From Terrimicrobiaceae bacterium (GTDB lineage: Bacteria; Verrucomicrobiota; Verrucomicrobiia; Chthoniobacterales; Terrimicrobiaceae): 64,000 bases of DNA. Location: the NCBI GenBank assembly GCA_041752695.1, contig JBGSVZ010000012.1, forward strand, positions 1-64,000. The letters run 5' to 3'. Below, in pieces: positions 1-11,400 of the stretch (position 1 is its first letter; every line of letters begins with the position of its first letter). The translations under genes were made by a program, and so were the position numbers. Under the pieces are notes generated by a model. That model ran no database searches and had not been told where the DNA came from. It saw nothing but the letters and a program-made list of their open reading frames with translations.

Positions 1-236
1 GGAAGCGGCAACGGCGCGTTGATCGCGGATATTGACGGCGGCGTTCGTAGGCTGCCGAGCTCGTTGCCATCACAACCGCGCTCCGCCGTCACCAAGCAAT
101 GGCAGCCGTCCCACAGCAGGGCCGGACGATGACGCTCCGCCTCTCCAACCCGCGCCGCCCGGCCTGCCATATTCCGCCGCAGGCGGCACACGCTCACAAC
201 CCGCGCTTGCGTTGGTTCGCGTCGATTCGAGAGGTT

Positions 237-1282
237 TTCACGGCTGGGAGGTTGAGGATTTTTCTTTTTTCCCAGCCCTTTCCTTCGCCTCTCAAACAAG
301 CTCTCTCTCTAGCCTCCCGGCAATGAGGAGCCGCCGGAGGCTCGTAAACACTGCCTTCGGCGGCACACGCAGGCTCTCCTTTTCACGGGCCTCGTGGGCC
401 GCCGAACACTTCTTTCGGGTCGGGGCAGCAAGCAAAACCCGTGACAACCGCCGGAACGAAGTGGAGCGGTTGGCGCGAGCTTTGCCGGGGCCGGGGGTCG
501 GAGTTCGCCGCCACCTGGCTTTCGTGCGAAGGCGACAGCCGGAGCATTTCCATTCAAGCGGCGATCCAACCACACCCGCACGGTGAGACGCCGACAGGCG
601 GCGCGGGAGCGAGGAACGAGCGGACGCGACGCATGGCGGTGGCTCTCGGTGCGGCTCACTTTGGGGGGACGCAGCACGGTGGCGGGATGCGCGGGAGGGA
701 GGAACGACCGGAAGCGCAGCCTGCCACGGTGCAAGGCCGGGGTGGTTCGTGGCGCGTCGCCGAAGCCCTCGACTCCCGATCTACCAAAAAGCAAAACCCT
801 CTGCCCGCTCCTTGGAGCGAGGCGAGGATGGGGCACCCTTAATCTCGGCGAAGCCGCACTCAGGCCGGCCCCGCCCCACCGCAGCCTCGCGGTCCAGCCC
901 GCCCTGGAGCGAAGCGGAAGGGTCTGCGGCAGCGGCTGACGTGCTTGCACGGCAGAGGGAGCTGCCGACGGGCGGTCGCCGGCACAACCAAGGGAGCGGC
1001 TGGACTGGCGCGGCATGTGCCGACCCGTGCGAAGAATGAGCCGGGGCGAGCAGATGACGTGACAGGCCAGACTAGCGACTGCCGTTGAACGTCCACGGCG
1101 CGAGCACTGGCGCGATGCCTGCGGGGCGACTTCGATTCCACCGGCGAAGCCGCTCGATTCGCCCCATCAGCAGGCAGCGTGACAGTGCGGTTCATCGGCG
1201 GTTGACGAGGGTTTGGCGTTCGTCGCTACTCGCGCCAGCGCACCGACGTTGCTGCACGTTGACGGCTGGGAAGTTAGGGATT
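237..1282. repeat. Imperfect 24-bp direct repeat (237-260 and 1259-1282) bracketing a hairpin-rich non-coding spacer
   Basis: TTCACGGCTGGGAGGTTGAGGATT vs TTGACGGCTGGGAAGTTAGGGATT (20/24 identical). The right copy contains the stop codon of the 397-aa gene. No credible ORF lies between the copies. Confidence 0.6.
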
Positions 1283-2467
1283 CGCTTTCGCCGCCTTTGT
1301 CCGCTCTTCGTGGTCACGCTTGTTCGCAGTGTCCCGGTCGAAGAACATTCCGCGCTGAACTTCGTCGTAAGCCTGAAAGGCGGACGAGTCTAAGTTGTAT
1401 CGTGAAGGTGGCAGTTTGCCCAAGTCTTCAACCTGCTTTTCAAGATAGTTCTTCCATGCGATGGCAAAAGCCGCTGCCCTTGGTGATGAGTAGGAGTCTT
1501 CCATGTTCGAGACTTTCAAGCCTGCCTTTGCTGCCTCAGCGGCTCCGCGTTCCCGATCCCGAAGTTGCTGCGCGGTGAACACGGGTTTGTCGGGGAACGA
1601 TCCTATTGCTTTGCGGAACTCAGCTAGAGCTTCCGCTTTTTGAATGCTTTGTAATTCAAGGCCAACCACGATCCCAGTGTGCCAATTATAATCCCATAAA
1701 TTACTGAGTGTAACCGGTTTGATTTGTCCAATCTCGACATCGTCAAAAAACGAAAGGTTGTCTTCAATGGCTTTCGATCTACGTAAGCCACCAGCTATTC
1801 CCCGGCCTTCTAAATCCTTTTGGATTTCAGGATTTGACTTCATTCGCATAAGTATTCGTCCTGATCCCCAAACTCGCTCCATGTCATTTCTTTCTGCTTT
1901 GGGGAAAACAACAACTCCCGCATCTTTGTTGAGCACGCGCTGATTGGTTTCGATGCTCATCCAAACTGGATTCATTCGTGGAAGAAGTCCGTCGATTTTC
2001 TCAATCGGAAAACCAAGATTTGCCACCAATCGCGCCACGCCAACGGCGGCAAGGTCAAGGCTGCGTTGCGCAAGGAAAAGATTTCCATAACCATCCGTGG
2101 CCGCACACCATTCCGAGAAGCCGAGCAGTCGGGCGGTTTCGTTGTAAAGCGGCTCACCTGCGGGCAGCTGCTGCATCGAAGGCGCGGCTCGGTCAAGGCT
2201 CTGCGCCAGTCTCTTCCCAAACTCACGGGCGGCAACATCCACGGGTTTCTGTTCCGCCTTCGAGACGTTTTCAACATGCCATTGCGACGGGATTTGCGGA
2301 ACTCTCCAAGATTGCTCATTAGCTTTCTCAAGAAGTCCGGGAATTCCACCACCAGCAAGGGCCGCATTCATCGCGTCGATGCGCTTGAGTTCGTCTTTGG
2401 TGTTGCTCTGCGCATTCACAATGCTGACACCGAGAACGACGATAAGGATTTGTAAAATGGTCTTCAT
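1274..2467 (-). CDS. Exported hypothetical protein (397 aa), candidate immunity/partner of the giant protein
   Basis: Sec signal peptide MKTILQILIVVLGVSIVNA/Q. ATG overlaps the upstream stop (ATGA). Visibly lower GC than the rest of the window. Confidence 0.85.
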   Translation of the reverse strand: MKTILQILIVVLGVSIVNAQSNTKDELKRIDAMNAALAGGGIPGLLEKANEQSWRVPQIPSQWHVENVSKAEQKPVDVAAREFGKRLAQSLDRAAPSMQQLPAGEPLYNETARLLGFSEWCAATDGYGNLFLAQRSLDLAAVGVARLVANLGFPIEKIDGLLPRMNPVWMSIETNQRVLNKDAGVVVFPKAERNDMERVWGSGRILMRMKSNPEIQKDLEGRGIAGGLRRSKAIEDNLSFFDDVEIGQIKPVTLSNLWDYNWHTGIVVGLELQSIQKAEALAEFRKAIGSFPDKPVFTAQQLRDRERGAAEAAKAGLKVSNMEDSYSSPRAAAFAIAWKNYLEKQVEDLGKLPPSRYNLDSSAFQAYDEVQRGMFFDRDTANKRDHEERTKAAKANP

Positions 2468-5400
2468 GGCAGGCTCGCATGGGTTTTATTGAACTCAATT
2501 CGGTTGCGGTAAATCTTCCCTCGGTCGCGGGCACCGCCATACGCCCCTTTGCCGAAGCCAATTTGAAGGATGGCCGCATCCTGCGCCGCGCCGCCAACCA
2601 TGTGATTAAAGTCGTAAAGGTCGATGGCCACTCCCTGCGATATAACTTGGGTAACGACCAGTCTTTCGACGTAGTAGGGTGCATCTGGTGGCCCTTCATT
2701 CACCAATAGCTTCTCGACCCGGTAGCGGGCTTTGTGATTTAAAAGTCGGCCCCGTCCAATCGTTCCATTTACGTCATCACCTTGGTTCGGTAGCCACGAA
2801 TCAAAAGTGATGGTCGTAACGGGAACCCACGCAGGACTTTCGTGTGTGTGCGGGATGTCGTAAAGGCCGGTCTCCGATGGGAAATAGGCCGGCGGCGAGC
2901 CGACCGGCAGACTGGCAAAGTGTGCGGCAGCCAACCCGGCCACGGAGCTATTGTAGTAGTTCCGAACTGGTTCCTCAATCTGAGGTGATGTCGCCACCAT
3001 ATTAGCGGTGGAGGTGAGAGGCCCCCATGTGTAATCCGTGATGCTGGCAACGCCTTCGTCGCTAAATGGGGCACCCGAATTGTGCGTTAGCCACTCGGCA
3101 AAATAGCCGTTAAAAGCATCAAACGAGACCGTCACAGAACTCGTCGGCAGCTTATCTGATGGAACTCCCGCCGTGTCTCCCTGTCGGAAAATTCGCAGGA
3201 ATTGCTTGGCGTGAGGAAGGACCAAGTCGGTTGCCCATCCAGGCGTCGTCCAGTCGCCATCGATGATGTTATCAATCTTGTCTTTGGCATCGTCATACTT
3301 ACTCACCTTCGTTCCGCGCACAATCGGCTCACCAAGGTTCTTCACATCAAGCTTGGTAATTTCGTCGGGATCAAGTGTGCTGCTGTTGTTGGCGTCATAG
3401 CCAATGCGGATGGCAAAATCCTCAATGTCATTGGACGTTCCCAAGTGCTCGAATTCCAATTCGCATTGGCCTTCTGCGTTGAACACCGTGTCGCTGTTGG
3501 CAACCTTGGTTTCACCAACGTAGGCCGCCGCATAAAATTTCGTGCGGAACTGCTCAGGCATCTCCACTTCGAGGGTCGCCTTGTATTTGTTGTCCTCTGG
3601 ATCGGGGACAAGGAACAGCTTGTTGCGAGGTGCCCCGTTTTGTTCGGTGCCATAGCCTCCGTATCCACCACCGCCCCAAGGATCATCCTTTTGGGTCGGA
3701 TTATAGACTTGGTTCGCCTTGTTTTCGGTCTCCCACAAAAGCTTCATCTCGATAGGCAGGAGGAGCACCGCATGCTGAATTGAATTTTTCGTAGCGGTCG
3801 CCACCAGAAAGTTTTTCTCCGGGCTGACTTGGAAGATATTCCATTCCGTGTAGTCTTGAGCCGCCCCCCCACAGAGTTCCCTCACATCAATGAACCTCCC
3901 GTTGCGCCAGATGCCTGTGCCCTGCGGAATCACCAATCTGTTGCTGATCATGCGGCTTGCCACCTTGCTGGCTCCGGCACCGCCCGGCGCACTTCCTCCG
4001 ATGGGCTGGCGGGCAAAAGTTCCGCTGTTGTAACACCAGAGGGTGGTTTCTGCGGTGCTTGACGTTCCCACGTAGTAAGGCCCCTCCGTCGTGGCCAGGT
4101 TGCTGATGTCGGCTACAGACAGGGCTTCCGGAAGATATTTATGGGCGGTCCCGCTCGCAACTACCACAGCGGGCCTGTCGGCCACGCTCGCGATGTTTTG
4201 TCGGTTGGTATTCACGCGGTAGTCATTAATCTTAGCGAAATTAGGCAACTCGGGAAAGTCACCTCCCCATCGGATGTATCCGGCGACAGAGCTCGAGGTA
4301 TCAGGCAGGGATTGGTGGCCCGATACGATCATGGCGACGGCCATCCCGTTCGGGTAGTAGCCGGGCCTTACGAGCGCCTGACTCGCATCGGTGGAAGCAG
4401 AGAAGCTCTGGTCGCCGATGTCATTGGCCCAGTGCAGGGATGCTGTGAGGGTTTGCTGATGTCCGCCATCAGGATTTGGTGACCAGCCGACAAGCTGGGG
4501 ATCGAACGAGCCCTTCATACTCGCCCAGGCAGAATTCTCGAATGCCTTCGCCTTGGCTCCAAGCACTCCTGTGCTCGGTGGCGAACCCGGCAGGGGGACG
4601 CCCAAAGCGGTGGAGAGATTTTGGGTTTCAGCGTATACCCCTTGATTGGAGACACTGCCCGAAACCCAATACTGGTTGGACGACACAGAAACAGAATTCC
4701 CCGTCGTTCCGGTCACTTGGGCGGGCGTCCCAAAATAGACACCCGTTGTGCCGCTTTTCAAGATCGGCCCGCGGAAGGAACCCGCATGTCCCTCTCCAAT
4801 CACCTGAGTGGTGCCGCTGGACCAGAGGGCGCCCACCTGCAAATTTGGCGTTGAGCCGGATTTGATGAGCAGAACGGCACCCGCGTCGTTGATTCCCGCT
4901 GCCGCATATTCGGTACCCAAGTCGATGATCGCGTATTGGACCTCCGGTGCCGCCAACACTTTCATCACCTTGTTCGTGGGAACAGCATCAGCTCCGTCCT
5001 CCAAGCCGTCTCCATCGGAATCCTTGTCGTTGTTGGGATCCTCCCATCGCGTGCCCAGTTTGTCACGTTCCAGCACGTCGCTCAAGCCATCTCCATCACT
5101 ATCGGTTTCCGAACCGCTTCCCGCAGGCCCTCCATAACCGTTGCCACCGCCGTTCGCACTCTGGCCGCCGCCATTCAATCCGGTGTCGACATAACTTCCG
5201 CTTCCCGTGCCGGTGCCCTCGGGGATGCCTCCCGGACCGCCGCTGCCAGAGTAGCCCTCGTTGCCTGCTCCCACCCCCTCATCGGTGAACCAACCGCCCT
5301 CGGTGACTCTTACCTCCAGCCCGTCGGAAAACACTCCTTGGCCCACGTTATCGGTCACCTTTGCCGAGATATTGTATGCTCCCAAGTGATCCGGCGTCCA

Positions 5401-8400
5401 TTGCAACTCGTAACGCCCTGTCACAGAGTCCGGCACGGTGTCCTCCCCGATCTTGCGCGAACCTTCGTAAAACTCTACTTTGGCCACCGTCTTTCCGCCT
5501 CCGGCACTCGCCACCGCCCGCAAGGGAATTGCCTGGCTGAAGGTGTAAGCGGTGTTGTTTTCTGGCTCTTCCACCGAAACCGTAGGCAGGCCCGCGCTAC
5601 CCGCAGGATTGACAATCACCACCAGGGAGTCTGAACGGACCGTCGTCCCGTCGTTGGCGGACAACTGCAGCACATATTCACCCGGCTCGCTGAACGTGGC
5701 CGTGGCTGAAAGGGAATTTACCCCAGTGAATTCCACCGTTCCCGCGCCGGATACCTGCCGCCAGTTCAGCAAAATATACGAAGCGTCAGTATCGATATCC
5801 GTCACGGTCGCGCTAAGGCTCACCGCGTTGGGCAGCGTCACACTGCGCCCTCCCGCCACATTGACCAGCGGCGGATCGTCGCCTGCCTCCACATAGACGT
5901 ATATGGTGGCTTCTGCGCTATACGCTCCCTTTGTCACCCGGAACCTGAACTCGTCGCTCCCATAGAAATGCGCATTGGGAGCGTAGCTTGCCGTCGCTCC
6001 GGACAATGCCACCTCGCCACTGGCGGGCTGGGTAACGATTTCATAGACGGGAGTTGCATCCCCGCCGCCATGACTTCGCAGAGCTATCGTGCCCAGTGTA
6101 TCCTCCGCTAGGACAAGGTCATCTTCCAATGCCACAAGTTCTCCATCCTCCTGGTAAAGGGCAAGCGCCTCTTCCGCTGTGAGGGCCTTGCGGTAGATTC
6201 GCACCTCGTCCAGGCCACCCATGAAGAAAGCGCTCGTTCCGCTCTGACTCGCGATGGTCAGCGGGACGGCACTCTGGCTGCCACTGAGATTTTCCAGTCC
6301 GGGGTAATCCAACTGTGTACTGTCGCCCGGGTTGATGGCGCCACCGCTTCCGACATCTTGGGAAATCGTGCGGATAGTTCCGTCAATATAGATCTTTGCC
6401 GTCGAAGTGCCGCGATCATAGACCGCTGCTACAGCATGCCACGCATCGTCGTTGAAACTCTCATTGGTTTTGATGCGAATAGTTTCCGAAGAGGTGCCGC
6501 TCTGCGTGGTGCCGAGGCCGGTCTCGATCTGGCCCTGCTCATTGACCGCGAGAAAATAGCCGGGGTTCGCATTTTCGTTTCCCTTGCTAATGATTCGACC
6601 GGAGGGTGCGGTGGTTCCAATTTTGACCCAAGCCGTGACGCTGAAGTCGGCGTCGGCAAAATCGAGCATGCCGGACGTGCCAGAGGTTGTGAGGACATGG
6701 GCTCCGCTGCCGGAAAAATGCAGGCTGTTCTCCCCGGCGAAACGTTCCTGCCAGGTTGGGCCGTCAACCAGCGTGCCGGTGTAAAGGAAGGGCGCGCTGT
6801 CGCTCGCGGTGGTGCCCGTGCCTTCGTCGAACTTCCAGTGTCCGACGAGGGAATTGATTACCGAGGTGGATGCCTCAAAAGTAAGGGTGTTCGAGGCTCC
6901 CGCCTGTGCGGTGATTGTGCTGGTGACGTTTACTTCGTTGCCTTGGCGGTACCAGGCGACGGCCTGGCCGTTGGAGTCGGTATAGACCGTATTCGTGATG
7001 CCGGAAGCGCCTCCTGGCTGGTCAGCCACGACGCCGCTTCCACTGGTGACGGTGAAAATCACCGGCGCGTTAACAAGAGCCGTCGTGCCGCTGTGCACTT
7101 CCACGGTGAACGGATTGGTCAGGAACTCGTCAGTGCCGGAGGTCTGGCCGTTGCCACTGATCAGGGTGATCACCGGGATAATCGTAGTTTCGCCTTGGTC
7201 GTAGTAGTCCGTCGGATCGCTGGCCTGCTCGTATTCCTCCGCGTTGGTGAGGCCGTCGCGGTCGTCGTCATCGTCAGGATCGATTCCCACGTATTGGAAA
7301 TGTTTGTATTCCCACCAATCGGGCAGTTCGTTGCCGTCGAGGTCGGCGTTGTAGATGGCCTCGATGGCAGGGGCTCCGAGCACCGATTTGTGGATTTCTA
7401 CTTGGTCCACCTCGCCTTGGAAAAATTGGCTGGTGCCGCTGAAGCTGGAGATGGTAAACGGCGAGGCTGTGCCACTGGCGCTGAGGGTGCTGAGTCCGGC
7501 GAGGGACAGGGTCCCGGAAGTGACGGTGCCGCCGGTGCCGACTTCCTTTTCGAGGGAACGTGCCGTGCCATCGACATAGATCTGCGCAAGGCCATTTGCA
7601 CGGTCATAGACCGCCGCCACAGCGTGCCATTGACCGTCGTTGAAGGTGCCGGTGGTTTTGAAGAGAATGGCGTTTGCGGCGGTGCCGGAGGTCGTTCCCA
7701 ATCCGGCGGCGAGTTTTCCATCGCCGCGCAGGCCGACGAAATACCCTGGGCCGAAATTGTCAAACCCCTTGCTGACGATGCGGAAGGTTTCCGACGAGCC
7801 GGGAACCTCCGTGTAGCGGACCCAGAACGCCACGGTAAAGCTGTCCCCGCCCAGATCGAGGGAACGTCCTGCGGGTTGACCCATCGTCACGTAGGAATTG
7901 CTGCCGCTAAACTCGACGCCTCCCATTCCGTCGAAACCTTCGGACCACAGGGGATAGTTCGTCAGCGTGCCATCCGCGCCGAGTCCGGTGGTTTCCTGGG
8001 CGGTGTTGCCGTAACCCTCGTCAAACGACCAGGCGCTCCACACCTCACCGCCCGCCCGGGTCGCGGTGAAGACAACCTCCGACGTGCCGCTTGTGACGGA
8101 GATCGTGTTAGTGGCGTCTGCCGCAAGCCGAAACCAAGCTTGGGCGCGTCCGTTGCTTCCCGTTACCAGCGGGAGGGTTCCGCTGTAAGTGGTTCCGCCA
8201 AACTGTGTCGCCAGCCCTCCTGTGCCGCTTGTGACGGTATAGGTGACGGGCGCGCCGATTTGCAGGGTTCCCGCCGTGCCGCTGCGCACCTCGACGGTGA
8301 ATGGGCTTCCCAGATATTCGTTGGCGCGGCCCGTCTGGGTGTTTCCGCTGATGATGGTCAGCGTGCCCGAGGCGGCGAGTTCGGTGGTGGCACTGAAGGT

Positions 8401-11400
8401 CACCGCGGTGCTGGTCGTGCCGCTGGTGGCGAGGGCCTGCACCTGATGCGCCGCGCCAGCGCTTCCGCTCAGCTGCAGATAGACGGCTGCGGTTCCGGCG
8501 GTGCCGGTGCGGACTTCGGCGGTGGGCCCAAACGGTCCTGTGCCCGACGTGGCGATTTGCCCGAGGCTGCCACTAATGCTGAACGCAACCGGGGCGTTGT
8601 CCTGCGCGGTTCCGCTTGTCGTGACTTGCACGGTAAGCGGGTTCGGCAAAACACTCAAAACCTCTCCCGTCTGGCCGTCTCCGCTCAGTTTTTCCAGGAT
8701 TGGCAGTGTTCCGTTGTAATAATCCGTGGGGTCGCTGCCATTAAGGTATTCCGCGAGGTTGTCCCGCAGGTCCCCGTCGTCGTTGCCACCGTTCCCCTGC
8801 GCAAGGGTGTTCAGGTATTTCCGCTCCCACCAATCCGGGAGGGTGTCGCCGTCGCCGCTGAAATTGTAAACGGCCTGCACGTCCGATGCGTCGAGCGCCC
8901 GGCGGTAGATCCGCACGTCGTACACTTCGCCGGCGAAGAACTCGCTGGCACCGTTGAGGCTGGAGATCGTGAATGGCGTTGCGGCGGTCGCGCTGAGGGC
9001 GGACATGCCACTGAAGGTGATGGGCGTTCCGCTGGTGATCGTCCCGCCCGTGCCAACCTCCTTGGTGAGGGAACGGGCCGTGCCATCAACATAGATCCGT
9101 GCCTCGCCGCCGATCTGGTCGAACACCACGGCCACGTGGTGCCAGGCGCCGTCGTTAAACTCTTCGGTCGTCTCGAAAAGGAGGCTGTCGGCCTGCTGGG
9201 AGGTTGTGCTGCCGAGACCGGCGGTGAGTTTGCCGTCGCCGCGCAGGGCGAGGATGTAGCCCGCGCCCCAGCCGGTGTGGCCTTTGCTGACGAGGCGCCT
9301 GGTTTCGGGCTCAGCAGGCGCACCGGTGTAGTTTACCCACAGCGCCAGAGTGAAATTGCCTTTGCCAAAATCAAGGGCGGAGTCCGCCGGATGCCCCATG
9401 GTCACGTAGGGATTGCTGCCGCTGAAAAGGACCGCCTGCGGGCTGGTGGTTCCGGTCGTCCAAGTAGCTCCGCCCGCCAGCGTGCCGCTGACGGCGAGGC
9501 CAGTCGCCTCGGCCGCGACCGTTCCGGTGGTTTCGTCAAACTTCCAGCGCGCCCACAGGCCGTCGGCCAGTGTCGTTGTGGAAGAAAAAGTGACAGCTGC
9601 CGTTGTTCCGGTGATGGCGGTCACGGTGTTCGCGGCAGCTGGTGCGGAGCCTTGTTTAAGCCATGCGAAAGCTCGGCCGTCGCTGCCAGTGGTGACCACG
9701 AGCGATCCCGTCGTGCTGGCGGAACCTGAGGTGGCGGCGAGTCCGCCGGAGCCGCTGGCCACCGTGAAGGTTACGATTCTTCCCGCGAGGGCCGGGCCGG
9801 CGGTCCCGCTGAGCACCTCGACCACGAGGGGCGCAGAAAGGTATTCGTCAGGCAGGCCGATTTGGCCGTTGCCGGAGACGAGGTTTGTATGGGCTGTCGA
9901 ATCGGAAGTCGCAGTGAACGTTGTGGAGACGGACGAAGTTCCGGAAACCGCTTGCGCGACAACCGAGTGGGTCACTCCCATCTGGGCACCGAGTCGGAGA
10001 AAGATGGAGGCCGTTCCGTCGCCTGCCGTCGTGAAGCTTTGTGTGGAAGCGAAAGGTCCGGTGCCGCTGAGGGCGATGAGGCCGTGGGTGCCGGTGATGC
10101 TAAAGGTGACCGGTGCGCTCGGGAGGGCGGCCCCGCCAATGTTGGTGAGCTTGACGACAAGCGGCTGAGGCAGGGTTGCCGAGGGTTCGCCGATTTGTGC
10201 GTCGCCACTGAGTTTCTGCATTTCGGGCAGGAGGCCATTAAAATAGTCGTTCGGGTCGGTCCCGCCTTGGTACTCCTGCGAATTGGTCAGACTGTCCCCG
10301 TCGGAGTTGCCGACCGAGAGGCCGTTGAGGTTTCCAAAGTTCCGAAATTCCCACCAGTCGGGCAGCGGAGTGCCGGGGCCGTCGTTGTCGCCGCTAAAAT
10401 CGTGGAGATCCGCGACTTCTGTGGCGCTGAGGGCTTTGCGGTGGATTTGGGTGTCGTCGATTTCGCCGGTGAAGAATTGGTCGGTGCCGTTGAGGGAGGC
10501 GAGGGTGAAGGGCGCTCCCGCGCCGCTGGTGGCGGTGAGGCTGGTTAGCCCGGCGAGGCTGAGGGAGGAGGCGCTGACGCTGCCTCCGGTGCCGGGGAAC
10601 TTCTCAAGTGGCCATGCCGTGCCGTCTATGAAGATTTGGACGGTCTGGGCGGTGCGGTCCATGACAACAGCGACGTGGTGCCATTGGTCGTCGGCGAAGG
10701 GGGATGTCGTCTTGGCGACAATGGTATCGGCAGCGGTGTTGGTGGTGGCTCCGAGTCCGAAGGCGATTTTGCCGTCCCCGTGGAGACCGAGGAAGTAGCC
10801 GGGGTTGGAGGTGTCCATGCCTTTGCCCAGGAACCGCCGAATGGTGCCCGGAGCGGGGATGGACGTGTATTTAACCCACGTCAGAATGGTAAAGGAGCCG
10901 GCGCTAAGATCCAGCGGTCGGGTCGGCGGCGTGGGGGCCCCCATGGTCACGTGGGCGGTGCCAGTGAAAGCGAGCGCGCCGCGGCCGTCCATTCCAGCGG
11001 TCCATGTGGGTCCACCGACGAGGGAGCCATCGGCGCCAAAGGTGGTGATTTCGTCGGTGGTTGTGCCGGTCCCGTCGTTGAGCGGCCAATGCGTCCAGAG
11101 CCCGGCGACGGTTTGTGCCGTGAAGGTCACCAGCGGCGAGGTGCCCGAAAATGCGGTGATGGTGGAGGTGACGGCGGGATCGGGCCCGAGCTGATAGTAG
11201 GCACCCGCCTGGCCATTGATGCCGGTGGGGATGACGATTGTATTGGCAGTGGCGGGCGCGCCGGAGATGGCAGCCAGCCCGCCTCCGCCGCTGGTGATGG
11301 TGTAGGTGACCGGTGCTTGGCTAAGCGGCGGCGTGCCGGAGGCCTGTCGCACTTCAGTGACAAACGGAAGCGGGAGCCAGTCGGTGGGCGGGGCACTTTG

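Noticed and set aside
1081..1280. Integron attC site after the 397-aa gene
   Set aside because: The stop lies in CCCTAAC, but there is no matching GTTRRRY end with proper L boxes and no integrase in the window. Kept only as a generic repeat/hairpin finding.
32..1393. Several 60-235 aa ORFs in the left-end spacer
   Set aside because: R/P/A/G-rich translations with no recognisable motifs or RBS, overlapping on both strands; typical of GC-rich non-coding DNA.
6358..9729. 1123-aa plus-strand ORF (also 10636-12012 and 9862-10548)
   Set aside because: Antisense shadows of the giant gene caused by codon bias; no domain features.
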